From Campylobacterota bacterium (lineage in GTDB: Bacteria; Campylobacterota; Campylobacteria; Campylobacterales; Sulfurovaceae): a stretch of 20,631 nt of DNA. The stretch is taken from the NCBI GenBank assembly GCA_034722955.1, contig JAYEOM010000031.1:1-20631 (forward strand), read 5' to 3'. The translations under genes were made by a program, and so were the position numbers. A model generated the notes under the pieces. That model was not told the DNA's origin. It saw only the letters and a program-made list of their open reading frames with translations, and ran no database searches. Shown piece by piece: positions 5,873-15,288 of the stretch. Position 1 is the stretch's first letter. The number at the start of each line of letters is the position of its first letter.

Positions 5873-7093
5873 TTATCTGAATCGTTCTCCTCCGATATAT
5901 ACTGCTGAAGCTCTCTTGGTATGCAGGATCGTCCATAGAGCGATATCCTCCTCTATTTTGGGTGATTCCGGGAGTTGTATGAGGGTAAAGTCTGCACTGT
6001 ATCCCTCTGTGATCTGACCGCAGTCTACTCTTAGTATCCCGGCAGCAACAGAGGTGACTGAGTCTATGAGTTGATTGGATAGTTTATGTAGATCTAACCT
6101 ATCATGTATCATCAATGCAGCCCTTAGTTCATCAAATATATTGAGTGAATTGTTGGAGCTCAATCCATCAGTCGCGATACTAAATGGTATATCAAGCTCC
6201 TCTAATCTCTCTATCTCCAATCTACCGCAGCCTAGCAGGCGGTTGGAGCGGGGGCAGTGTGCTATGGTGTGTCTCTCTTGAGATATCTTTTGCAACTCTC
6301 TCTCTTTGGCATGTACACAGTGGGTGAAGTGTGTAGGGTAGCCATCAAACTTGGATAGAAAATCATCAACAGTTGTCGTTGATCTGCTCTGGTTGAAGAG
6401 GGATTCAAATAGTGGTTTGAACTCCCCACTGGAGTGATCAAGCCACTCTCGCTCTGCTTGACTCTCCAAAAAATGTGCAGAGAGCAGAACCTCTCTCTCT
6501 TTGGCAAAAGTGATAGCCTTTTTGAGGACGATGGGGTGGACAGCGTATGGGGAGTGTATGGCGATAGCTGGGGTGATCTTGCCCTCTGTGCATGAGGCGG
6601 ATGCTTCAAAACGCTGGATAAAATCTGCATATAGAGCATCAACACTCTGAGGATTGCTGCCGACTAGTTCGTTGAAAAAGATAACTCGTTGAGATGCTGC
6701 CATGCAGGCATCTAGATCCAACCCCATATTGCTGATAGCACCGAAAGTGGTCACACCACTCTCCAGCATATCCTCACAGGCTCTCTTCATCATCTCTGTG
6801 TTACATATCTCTACTAGATGATTTCGATCTTCGATCACGGAGTATAGCCAAGGGGCATATGAGCCATATCTCAGTGTTGTCCTGTTGGCAGAAAACTCCA
6901 AATGTACATGGGTATTTATGAAGCCGGGGTATAGTACACTATGAGAAACCTGCTCTATCTGTATGGCATCAGGGTACTGCTCTATGATCTGAGTATAGGG
7001 TGCAACTGCGACAATCTTCTGCTCAAATGCAACAGCATAATCTTTTTTGTACTTGCCGTCTATATAAATGTAGTCCGCTGTAATGATCTTCAA
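5873..7093 (-). CDS. mqnF: Amidohydrolase-family metal-dependent deaminase (aminofutalosine deaminase family)
   Basis: PGFINTHVHLEF (HxH), HSPY, HFLES, HCPRSN, ATDGLSSN motifs. Divergent from aroQ as in Campylobacterota. TTG start with AGGAG RBS. Confidence 0.8.
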   Translation of the reverse strand: MKIITADYIYIDGKYKKDYAVAFEQKIVAVAPYTQIIEQYPDAIQIEQVSHSVLYPGFINTHVHLEFSANRTTLRYGSYAPWLYSVIEDRNHLVEICNTEMMKRACEDMLESGVTTFGAISNMGLDLDACMAASQRVIFFNELVGSNPQSVDALYADFIQRFEASASCTEGKITPAIAIHSPYAVHPIVLKKAITFAKEREVLLSAHFLESQAEREWLDHSSGEFKPLFESLFNQSRSTTTVDDFLSKFDGYPTHFTHCVHAKERELQKISQERHTIAHCPRSNRLLGCGRLEIERLEELDIPFSIATDGLSSNNSLNIFDELRAALMIHDRLDLHKLSNQLIDSVTSVAAGILRVDCGQITEGYSADFTLIQLPESPKIEEDIALWTILHTKRASAVYIGGERFR

Positions 7094-7164
7094 ACTATAT
7101 CTCCTTTTAGGAATTTTAATCTTATTTGGATAGAATAATATCTAAATTTATTAAAGAGGTAAAA

Positions 7165-7659
7165 ATGAAAATTGTAGTAATCCAAGGTCCTAACCTGAAT
7201 ATGCTCGGAATTAGAGAGAAAAATATCTATGGACCGATGAAGCTGGAAGATATCCATGCTCAGATGAAAGGCTTCGCTGACCAGAACAAGACAGATATAG
7301 AGTTTTTCCAGAGCAACCTGGAGGGTGAGATAGTGGATCGCATCCAAGAGTGTATAGGAGATGCTGATGGCATCATCATAAATCCAGCAGCGTATACTCA
7401 TACATCGATTGCTATTCGTGATGCATTGAGTGCCGTGCAGCTCCCTGCTATAGAGGTACACCTCTCAAATATCTATCAGAGAGAAGAGTTTAGACACACT
7501 TCACTCATAGCACCGGTATCTGCAGGTCAGATCGTAGGTATGGGGCCGTTTGGTTATCATCTAGCTATGGTCGGAATGACGCAAATACTCAATGAGGTAA
7601 ATGCGATGAAACAGGCACAAAAAGCTCAACAGCAGACACAAAATCAGGCAATAAAGTAG
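7165..7659 (+). CDS. aroQ: Type II 3-dehydroquinate dehydratase
   Basis: [45 protein letters not shown] motifs. ATG 7165 with GAGG RBS. Confidence 0.97.
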   Translation: MKIVVIQGPNLNMLGIREKNIYGPMKLEDIHAQMKGFADQNKTDIEFFQSNLEGEIVDRIQECIGDADGIIINPAAYTHTSIAIRDALSAVQLPAIEVHLSNIYQREEFRHTSLIAPVSAGQIVGMGPFGYHLAMVGMTQILNEVNAMKQAQKAQQQTQNQAIK

Positions 7660-7690
7660 AAGATACTTAGGCTACCCCAAGGAAGAGAAG

Positions 7691-8710
7691 ATGAACTATA
7701 TTCTAAAAGATGAAAATTCTATCTATTATGAGTGTGGTTACAGCAGCGATAATGCACTCTACCTTAAGTGTGGTTCTGATGCCTGCTTCATCACTGATGG
7801 TCGCTATAGAGTAGAGGCAGAGGAGGAGGTGAGGGGAGCCAAGGTTCTCATAGCACCTGATATCATCTCTGCTGCTCGAAAAGTGATAAAAAAATCAAAA
7901 ATCAAAAAAATTCTTTTTGACCCAAAAGAGTGGCATATTCATGCATTTGAAGAGCTATCCAAAAAGAGCAGAGCTATATTTGAGCAGATGCCGGACTTTT
8001 CACATAAAAGACGAATCATCAAGAGCGATGAAGAGCTTAAGATTATCAAGCGAGCAGTCAAACTAGGGGAGAAAGCATTCCAAGCACTAGAGCAAGAGAT
8101 CAGTAAAAATGGATTTGGAGAGAGTGAGTTTTCACTCACATATAGAGCCAAATCTATTTTGAGTGATTTTGGTATACATGATCTGAGTTTTGACCCTATC
8201 GTTGCTATCGATACCAATGCTGCAAAACCCCACGCATTGCCCACTGATAGAGAGTTGAAAAAGGGTGATCTGCTGTTGGTAGATGCAGGATTGAAATATA
8301 AGCGTTACTGCTCTGACAGAACGCGTACAGCCTATGCCAAAAACAATTTCTACTTTGAGATAGAGCAGCAGTTCAAGAACAAAAAGATCCAAAAGGCATA
8401 TGATACAGTCCTCAAAGCCCATGATCACGCCATCTCAAAGGCACGATCCGGTATGAGAGCCAAAAGAGTTGATGCTTTGACTCGTGATATCATCGACAAG
8501 GCGGGTTTTGGAAAGTACTTTGTCCACTCTACAGGACATGGAGTAGGTCTGGATATACATGAGATGCCATATATCTCATCTAAGTGCGAAACAGTCATCG
8601 AAGATAGTATGGTCTATACGATAGAGCCAGGTATCTATATCCCAGGTGAGTTTGGGATTCGTATCGAAGATATGGTTGCTATGGTTGATGGAAAGGCGGT
8701 TGTACTTTGA
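7691..8710 (+). CDS. Xaa-Pro aminopeptidase/dipeptidase (M24 family)
   Basis: DAG..Y..YCSDRTRT, HSTGHGVGLDIHE, TIEPGIY, GIRIED metal-binding motifs. Confidence 0.93.
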   Translation: MNYILKDENSIYYECGYSSDNALYLKCGSDACFITDGRYRVEAEEEVRGAKVLIAPDIISAARKVIKKSKIKKILFDPKEWHIHAFEELSKKSRAIFEQMPDFSHKRRIIKSDEELKIIKRAVKLGEKAFQALEQEISKNGFGESEFSLTYRAKSILSDFGIHDLSFDPIVAIDTNAAKPHALPTDRELKKGDLLLVDAGLKYKRYCSDRTRTAYAKNNFYFEIEQQFKNKKIQKAYDTVLKAHDHAISKARSGMRAKRVDALTRDIIDKAGFGKYFVHSTGHGVGLDIHEMPYISSKCETVIEDSMVYTIEPGIYIPGEFGIRIEDMVAMVDGKAVVL

Positions 8711-9207
8711 TCAAAAAAAGAGTCTTAGACAGAGATCATACACTGATCACTACGCCACACTACCCATGGCAATGTTCAGCAGATAGTTTTGGGCATCAAC
8801 CGCACAAGGCTCTTATCGGAGTAGGGGGCAATATAGGGGATACTGTGAGGCGATTTGAACATCTCTTTTGGTTTATGAAGCGTACAACGCACTGCCGTCT
8901 ATTGGAGAGTGCCCCTATATTGCGTAATCCCCCATTTGGTTTTCTGGAACAAGATGACTTCTACAATACACTGATATTGGTGGGTACAGCACTCTCTCCG
9001 AGAGAGTTGCTCTGCAAACTTCAGCAGATCGAACATAGATTTGGTAGGAGACGCTCTATAAAAGATGGTCCTAGGACATTGGATTTGGATATTATATTTT
9101 ATGATGATATCCAGATGACCTCTAGAGTGTTGACGATACCTCATCCTGGGTGGAGAGATAGAAGCTCTGTTTTGATACCATTGAAATATATGAAGGGCAG
9201 AGCATGA
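8707..9207 (+). CDS. folK: 2-amino-4-hydroxy-6-hydroxymethyldihydropteridine diphosphokinase
   Basis: IGVGGNIGD, Q.DFYN, IEHRFGRRR, GPRTLDLDII, LTIPHP motifs. Confidence 0.95.
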   Translation: MIKKRVLDRDHTLITTPHYPWQCSADSFGHQPHKALIGVGGNIGDTVRRFEHLFWFMKRTTHCRLLESAPILRNPPFGFLEQDDFYNTLILVGTALSPRELLCKLQQIEHRFGRRRSIKDGPRTLDLDIIFYDDIQMTSRVLTIPHPGWRDRSSVLIPLKYMKGRA

Positions 9208-10268
9208 TCAATGTTGTACTAGTTGCCCCTACGCCTCAAGAGGCTTATGCGATAGCTACCGAGAAGTATGGAGGTGATTTTGTCTTAGTCTCTGCAAAGC
9301 AGATACAAAATAGAGATGAAGAGGAGAGTAGTTGTGAAATCACTATCAGTGTCTCAAAAGAGCGATTTTTAGAGCTCATAGATATAGACGAGGAGGAGGA
9401 TCTGCAAGAGGAGCTCTCTCTACTGAGAGGTCAAATTTCACAGATGGAAGAGGATATGAAAACATATTACTCTAGCAAAGAAGAGACATTGATAGAGAAG
9501 GTTAAATCTATCTTTGTAGGTAAAGGTATCGCCAAAGAGTGGCTTGATGTTGTGTTGGAACCTCTGATCGGCTCTACGGTTGCAGAGGATGAGAATCTTC
9601 TAGTTGCATATCTGCTAGATGAGATCGATGAGACGCTAGAGATAAGAGAAGAGGATCTATCCAAACCAAAAGTGATGATGTTTGTTGGTCCTACAGGGGT
9701 AGGGAAGACAACTACTGTTGCCAAGCTGGCTGCAAGATATGCCTATATGATGGATGAATCGCATCAAGTTGCACTAGTCAATCTAGATAGCTTTAGGGTT
9801 GGTGCTTTTGAGCAGCTGGCACACTTCGCTGACATTATGAAGCTCAAACATGTCACAGCGAGCAGTGTTGATGAGTTTGGAGAAGTATATAGCAAGCTGA
9901 AGGGTTATGATGTCATCTTGATAGATACTGCAGGTATGTCTCCTTTCGATACACAGAAGCTCATCAATACAGTAGAGTATCTCAGTTTGGACCATACTCA
10001 AAATATAGAGGTCAATCTAGTGATATCATCTACAGTCAAGTATGAAGATATCAAAGATATTCATGACACTTTCTCTTTTCTCAACCTAAATAGTGTAATA
10101 CTCAGTAAATTTGACGAGACTAAGTATCTCGGGGCAATACTGAGCTATCTGCTTTTGAACCCTGTCCCTATAAGCTACTTTAGTATTGGTCAAGAGGTAC
10201 CAGATGATCTTGTAGTAGCCAGCAGAGAGTATCTTCTTCAGAAATTTATAGGGGATTTGGATGCATGA
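9204..10268 (+). CDS. flhF: SRP-family GTPase FlhF (compact N-terminal region)
   Basis: GPTGVGKTTTVAKLAA, DSFRVGAFEQL, DTAG, SKFDE, GQEVPDDL; position after folK as in Campylobacter/Helicobacter. Confidence 0.92.
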   Translation: MINVVLVAPTPQEAYAIATEKYGGDFVLVSAKQIQNRDEEESSCEITISVSKERFLELIDIDEEEDLQEELSLLRGQISQMEEDMKTYYSSKEETLIEKVKSIFVGKGIAKEWLDVVLEPLIGSTVAEDENLLVAYLLDEIDETLEIREEDLSKPKVMMFVGPTGVGKTTTVAKLAARYAYMMDESHQVALVNLDSFRVGAFEQLAHFADIMKLKHVTASSVDEFGEVYSKLKGYDVILIDTAGMSPFDTQKLINTVEYLSLDHTQNIEVNLVISSTVKYEDIKDIHDTFSFLNLNSVILSKFDETKYLGAILSYLLLNPVPISYFSIGQEVPDDLVVASREYLLQKFIGDLDA

Positions 10269-10728
10269 AACACAGGTAGAGCAGCTGAAAAAGATGATGA
10301 GTTATCTGCCAGTCATCTCCCATGTAGAAGTCTGTTTTCCTATGGTAAAGATCAAAAAAACTTTGGTAGACAAACTATCCAAGGGAGATATCCTGCCTCT
10401 TCAAACTAAGGAGATATCTGTTGATATAGTTCAAGATGGATATATCATTGCCCAAGGTGTTTATGGAGTGTACCAAAACACCCCCTCTGTTTTGATACAA
10501 GAGTTGCGAAATAGTGCAATAGAGTCTATTCATAGTAAAAAATATTATACTATCAAAATCTCTTTTGGTACGATAGAGAAGCAGCAAGTTGAGAGTGGTA
10601 AGATCATCACACTTACAAAAGAAGCCCTCCATGATGCACTGCTCTACAGTGGCGAACAGCTTTTAGCAGAAGCTGCATTGGTAGAGTGGGATCATAAGGC
10701 AGCATTAGAAATCAGAGAGGTGAAGTAG
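10261..10728 (+). CDS. Divergent tandem SPOA-domain (FliM-C/FliN-like) protein
   Basis: Two segments resembling the SPOA pattern: 'LSKGDILPL...[16 protein letters not shown]....SVLIQEL' and 'ISFG...SGKIITL....[29 protein letters not shown]'. Overlaps the flhF stop and abuts mnmA. Confidence 0.55.
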   Translation: MHETQVEQLKKMMSYLPVISHVEVCFPMVKIKKTLVDKLSKGDILPLQTKEISVDIVQDGYIIAQGVYGVYQNTPSVLIQELRNSAIESIHSKKYYTIKISFGTIEKQQVESGKIITLTKEALHDALLYSGEQLLAEAALVEWDHKAALEIREVK

Positions 10729-10729
10729 A

Positions 10730-11752
10730 ATGGCACAAAAAGTATTGGTAGGTATGAGTGGCGGTGTGGATTCGACTGCGGCTGCGATACTCCTGCAGAG
10801 AGAGGGTTATGAGGTAGAGGGTGTATATATGAGACTGCATGACAAAGAGGGGTACCATGAGACCAACTTTGCCAAAGCAGAACGGGTAGGAGCCTATCTC
10901 GCTATCAAAATACACTTTCTTGACCTATCCCATGAGTTTAAAAATGAGGTCTATGACTACTTTGTAGAGGGGTACAAAGAGGGGTTGACACCAAATCCCT
11001 GTGTGATATGCAACCGTACGATCAAGTTTGGCAGGATGGTTGAATTCGCCGATACTATCGGTGCAGATTTCGTCTCGACAGGACACTATCTGAAGTGTGA
11101 TGGTGAGTATATCTATAGAGCTAGAGATGAGAGTAAAGATCAGAGTTATTTTCTATGTGAAGTAAAAAAAGAGGTTCTCCCAAGATTGATCTTTCCTCTA
11201 GGAGATTGGCTCAAAGAGGATGTCAAAGAGTTTACTAAAGATATTGAGATACTAAAAGATATCGCAACTCAAAAAGAGAGCTCAGAGATCTGTTTTGTCG
11301 AAGGTGACTATACAGATGTTCTGGAAAAACATATGAAGATAGATATGGCTGGGGAGACTATCGACACAGATGGTACCGTGGTGGGTACACATAAAGGCTA
11401 TATGCACTATACCATCGGAAAGAGAAGAGGTTTTTTTGTCAATGGTGCCCATGATCCTCACTTTGTTTTGGATATCAAACCAGATGAAAATCAGATCGTT
11501 GTAGGTACACGGGAGAAGCTAGAAGAGAGTGCTTTTGAAGTCAAACAGCTCAATCTTTTTGATCTGGGTATTAGTGATTTTGAGTGTAGTGTAAAGGTAC
11601 GCTATCGTACCACTGCCATGCCTGCTAGGGTGGTAGTCGATGGGGAGAGGGCTACAGTGACGCTGAGAGAGCCTGTGTTTGGATTGGCACGGGGGCAGAT
11701 CGCAGCATTTTATGATGTGGATAGACTGCTTGGTGGTGGAGTGATCTGCTAA
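10730..11752 (+). CDS. mnmA: tRNA 2-thiouridine(34) synthase MnmA
   Basis: [51 protein letters not shown] motifs. Confidence 0.97.
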   Translation: MAQKVLVGMSGGVDSTAAAILLQREGYEVEGVYMRLHDKEGYHETNFAKAERVGAYLAIKIHFLDLSHEFKNEVYDYFVEGYKEGLTPNPCVICNRTIKFGRMVEFADTIGADFVSTGHYLKCDGEYIYRARDESKDQSYFLCEVKKEVLPRLIFPLGDWLKEDVKEFTKDIEILKDIATQKESSEICFVEGDYTDVLEKHMKIDMAGETIDTDGTVVGTHKGYMHYTIGKRRGFFVNGAHDPHFVLDIKPDENQIVVGTREKLEESAFEVKQLNLFDLGISDFECSVKVRYRTTAMPARVVVDGERATVTLREPVFGLARGQIAAFYDVDRLLGGGVIC

Positions 11753-11779
11753 GGTTACCGAAAACAGATCTACTCCAAG

Positions 11780-12610
11780 CTAGACTTCCCTAAAACTCTC
11801 ATATACTCCCAAAATCCTCACATCATCAGCAAAAAATGCCAACTCATCCAGAGCAAGCTTGAGTGATTCTGAGTCGATATGCCCATCGATATCAATATGA
11901 AATTGACTCCCTGGAACTATTTTGGTACCCATATAACTCTCAAGTTTCAGTAGATTGATACTGTGTATTGCAAAACCGCCAAGTGCCTTGTAGAGGGCTG
12001 AGGGTATATTTTTGACTTGAAATATCAGCGAAGTGATATATTTTTTGGATGGGTCATATGGAGGTATATGGTTTTTATTGGACAGGATAAAAAACCGTGT
12101 TGTGTTGCCATGTATATCTTCAAAATTCTCTTTAAGTATCTGAAGTCCATAGAGTTCAGCTGCCAACCTCGAAGCGATAGCTGCTCTTTGAGGATCTTTG
12201 AGCATGGATAACTCTTTGACTGCACCTGCTGTATCCAGCTTGGCTTCAGCAGCTAAATCCAGTGCTGTGATATTGTGATTGCACTGTGCCAATGCCTGAG
12301 GGTGCGAAGCTACATATTGCAAATCTTCCAGTTTGGCACCCGGCAGACCGATAAGACAATGGACAATAGGTTCAAAGTGTTCACCGATCACATGCAGTGC
12401 CATTTTGGGGATGAGTCTATAGATCTCTTCGACACGACCTGCCGTAGAGTTCTCTAGGGGGATCATAGCTATATCTGCATCACCTCTCTCTACCATCCAC
12501 ATCGCCTCTTGGAAAGTATTGCAGGGGATAGTATCATGCTCTCCATAAGCACTTTTGCAAGCCTGTTCAGAGTAGGCACCTTGAACACCTTGATAGGCTA
12601 TTATTTTCAT
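11780..12610 (-). CDS. pheA: Monofunctional prephenate dehydratase (PDT + ACT; no chorismate mutase domain)
   Basis: AYQGVQGAYSE, PLENSTAG, SHPQALAQC, NTTRF, INLLKLES motifs. Confidence 0.93.
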   Translation of the reverse strand: MKIIAYQGVQGAYSEQACKSAYGEHDTIPCNTFQEAMWMVERGDADIAMIPLENSTAGRVEEIYRLIPKMALHVIGEHFEPIVHCLIGLPGAKLEDLQYVASHPQALAQCNHNITALDLAAEAKLDTAGAVKELSMLKDPQRAAIASRLAAELYGLQILKENFEDIHGNTTRFFILSNKNHIPPYDPSKKYITSLIFQVKNIPSALYKALGGFAIHSINLLKLESYMGTKIVPGSQFHIDIDGHIDSESLKLALDELAFFADDVRILGVYESFREV

Positions 12611-12614
12611 CTCA

Positions 12615-13481
12615 TTACTCTATGATTTTACTAACCGGCATCTCTACTATAGATTTGGCACCATGCTCTTTGAGCTTTGGTATGACATCACGGAGTCTTC
12701 TTTTATCTATCACTGCCATCACATCTACCCAGTCGCCTTTCGCCAAGTGAGAGACGGTTGGATTTTCATTTGGGAGTATGCTTAGGATCGATTCAAGTTC
12801 AGCTTGCGGTGCATTGAGCATCAAGCAGACTTTCGGTACTGCATTGATGACAGACTGTAGCATCATAGTGATTCTATCTATCTTTGCTCTCTTTTGGGGA
12901 TCATTGTATGCCTCTTTGTTGGCTATAAATCGTGTGGTTGTCTCTAGAACTGTATCGATGATCTTAAGATCATTGGCTCTTAGTGATGACCCTGTCTCTG
13001 TGATCTCAACTATAGCATCTGCAAGATCGGGTACTTTTACCTCTGTAGTTCCCCAGCTGAACTCTACATTGGCTTTGACACCGTATGAAGCTAAATAGTC
13101 AGTTGTTAGATTGACAACCTCTGTGGCTATGGTTTTGCCCTCTAAGTCTTTGGCACTCTTGTATGGAGAGTTCTCTTTGACTGCCAATACCCACTTGATA
13201 GGTTTGAAACTCTGTTTTGCATATATAAGTTCACACACTTCAACAACATCTGCACGATTCTCTTTGATCCAATCCAACCCAGTCAATCCGCAATCAAGCT
13301 GTCCCCCCTCAACATATCTAGCCATCTCTTGTGCACGGATAAGCATGCACTCCAGCTCAGGATCATCAACAGAGGGGTAGTAGTTTCTCTCTCTTACTTT
13401 GATATCATACCCTGCCTCTTTAAATATAGAGATGGTTGACTCTTGTAGACTTCCTTTGGGGATTCCTAACTTTAATAGCAT
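12615..13481 (-). CDS. hisG: ATP phosphoribosyltransferase, long form with C-terminal regulatory domain
   Basis: [39 protein letters not shown], 'PTVSHL...LKEHGAKSI' HisG_C tail. ATG 13481 has AGGAG at 8 nt. Confidence 0.95.
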   Translation of the reverse strand: MLLKLGIPKGSLQESTISIFKEAGYDIKVRERNYYPSVDDPELECMLIRAQEMARYVEGGQLDCGLTGLDWIKENRADVVEVCELIYAKQSFKPIKWVLAVKENSPYKSAKDLEGKTIATEVVNLTTDYLASYGVKANVEFSWGTTEVKVPDLADAIVEITETGSSLRANDLKIIDTVLETTTRFIANKEAYNDPQKRAKIDRITMMLQSVINAVPKVCLMLNAPQAELESILSILPNENPTVSHLAKGDWVDVMAVIDKRRLRDVIPKLKEHGAKSIVEMPVSKIIE

Positions 13482-13516
13482 TACATACACTCCTAGTAAA
13501 TTGATAAATTACATGA

Positions 13517-13525
13517 ATTATAGCA
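13517..13525 (-). promoter_or_regulatory. Extended -10 promoter (TGCTATAAT) for hisG-pheA
   Basis: Perfect TGnTATAAT about 35 nt upstream of the hisG ATG. Confidence 0.65.
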
Positions 13526-13627
13526 TTAATTATCTACTATACTGTAGCCAACCCCTTGATTTGTTGATATTTAGTCCCTTTTGTGATATAGTGATTATTG
13601 AATAAATAATTAGCCGAGGAGTTAAAC

Positions 13628-15193
13628 ATGAAGCGTCTTGTAGTTTGCTGTGATGGCACATGGAGTAATGCAGAGCAGGAAGATAACGGTACCAGCTCAC
13701 CCACCAATGTGGTCAAAATATATAATGCCATAACCAAGATGGGTGCTGATGGTGTCAAGCAGTTGAAATACTATCATCCTGGTGTAGGTGGTGAAGGGAT
13801 AGGTGCTATCAATGCTCTATTGGGCGGTGCTGTAGGTATGGGTATTAGTCGTCATATTCGCAGTGCTTATCACTGGTTGGGGAACAACTATGAAGAGGGT
13901 GACGAAATATATCTGTTTGGCTTCAGTCGAGGTGCATTTACAGTTCGGAGTTTGGGAGGGATGTTGAGCCAAGGACTGCTTGACTTGCACTATATCTCTT
14001 CTGATTTTTCATGGGATCGTGTCAAAAGAGCATATAAGGGTTATCGTATAGAGGGTTCCACTCTGGATGAGTGGGCAGAGGATGAGTGGGTATTTTTCAA
14101 TCAAAAAAGAGAAACCCCTATCCATTTCATCGGTGTATGGGAAACTGTAGGTGCATTGGGTGTACCGGATGATCTGGAGATCTTCAATATCTTCGACAAT
14201 GAGAAAAAATGGAAGTTTCACAATGTCTCTCTAGGTGACAATATCAAACACGCCCGTCACGCTATGGCTCTCGATGAGATACGCTCCAGCTTTAGTGTTT
14301 GCCGTTGGGACAATGCTGCTGGGCATGATGATGCTGTAGAACTCTGGTTTCCGGGTGTCCACTCTGATGTAGGTGGTGGATACTCTAACTGTGATCTCTC
14401 CAATGGTGCATTGAGATGGATGATGGATGAGAGTGCTGATGTCGGACTTGGTTTCAGGGACAATATACTACAGACTTTAAAGAGCGATCCGTTGGGAGTG
14501 ATGCACAACTCCTACAGAGGAGCATTGGCAAAACTACGCTCCAGACCTCGCAATATACCTGCTATGATTTCTCAAAATCACGATCAGTTCCATGAGAGTT
14601 CTATCAGGAGACAAGAGCTCTCCCCTATAGAGTATCCGACCTATTATCCAACACGAATTTTGGATATTGGAGAGTCAGTGACAGTTGATGTTTATGCAGA
14701 TACTCGCTGGAATGCTACAGATATTTATCTACCCAAGGATCATAGCTTTACTTTTTTGGCAACTGGAAAATGGAAAGATAGCAAGGATGTGTGTAACTGG
14801 AATGGTACAGAAGATGGTATATTAACCATAGGTGATTTTGCTCGTGCTTCATCTTCGTTTTTGGGCAAGTTTGAAAATATTTTTGAAGAGTTGACAAAAA
14901 ATAACTCTATGGACTTTCTAGGAACAAAACGGGTTGAAAATATAAAATGGTTCGCCATGGTAGGTGCTATCGCTAATGATGCAGGTGCTGTGACCCATGA
15001 TGCGGGTACTTCCAGCGTGGTCAATCATGATGGCAGTCCAGTACCTCACCAGTATGTCGATCTGACTAAACACAATACAACATATCTGACTATTGAATAT
15101 CCAGGATATCTCTACTGCTTTCCCAATGATGTCTGGAGTCTATATGGCAATAACCACGGCAGTGTTCAGCTCACCATTACTCGCAAGAGATAA
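13628..15193 (+). CDS. DUF2235 (Tle1-like) alpha/beta-hydrolase with C-terminal beta-sandwich domain
   Basis: CCDGTW, TNVVK, YHPGVG, GFSRGA nucleophile, GVWETVGALG, HAMALDE.R, WFPGVHSDVGGG motifs; GAGGAG RBS. Confidence 0.92.
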   Translation: MKRLVVCCDGTWSNAEQEDNGTSSPTNVVKIYNAITKMGADGVKQLKYYHPGVGGEGIGAINALLGGAVGMGISRHIRSAYHWLGNNYEEGDEIYLFGFSRGAFTVRSLGGMLSQGLLDLHYISSDFSWDRVKRAYKGYRIEGSTLDEWAEDEWVFFNQKRETPIHFIGVWETVGALGVPDDLEIFNIFDNEKKWKFHNVSLGDNIKHARHAMALDEIRSSFSVCRWDNAAGHDDAVELWFPGVHSDVGGGYSNCDLSNGALRWMMDESADVGLGFRDNILQTLKSDPLGVMHNSYRGALAKLRSRPRNIPAMISQNHDQFHESSIRRQELSPIEYPTYYPTRILDIGESVTVDVYADTRWNATDIYLPKDHSFTFLATGKWKDSKDVCNWNGTEDGILTIGDFARASSSFLGKFENIFEELTKNNSMDFLGTKRVENIKWFAMVGAIANDAGAVTHDAGTSSVVNHDGSPVPHQYVDLTKHNTTYLTIEYPGYLYCFPNDVWSLYGNNHGSVQLTITRKR

Positions 15194-15205
15194 ATCGATG
15201 AAGAG

Positions 15206-15228
15206 AGACGATGTTATAAATATCGTCT
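15206..15228 (+). terminator. Possible hairpin downstream of the DUF2235 gene
   Basis: AGACGATGTT-ata-AATATCGTCT stem (one G-U pair); no U-tract on + strand. Confidence 0.3.
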
Positions 15229-15248
15229 GATTAAAAAAATTTATTTTA

Positions 15249-15257
15249 TGATATACT
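15249..15257 (+). promoter_or_regulatory. Extended -10 promoter (TGATATACT) for the histidine kinase
   Basis: TGnTATACT preceded by T-tracts, about 30 nt upstream of ATG 15289. Confidence 0.5.
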
Positions 15258-15288
15258 CATATAAAATTTTATATTAGGCAAACTATAA

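Noticed and set aside
7126..7164. N-terminal extension of aroQ in the ORF track
   Set aside because: ATG 7165 has the RBS and matches the family start [10 protein letters not shown].
7606..7659. Gln-rich C-terminal tail of AroQ
   Set aside because: Low-complexity tail with no nucleotide-level repeat structure; no evidence of separate function.
13537..13758. Small ORFs around the hisG promoter as a His attenuator leader
   Set aside because: No His-codon run or terminator hairpin; the promoter is only about 35 nt from the start.
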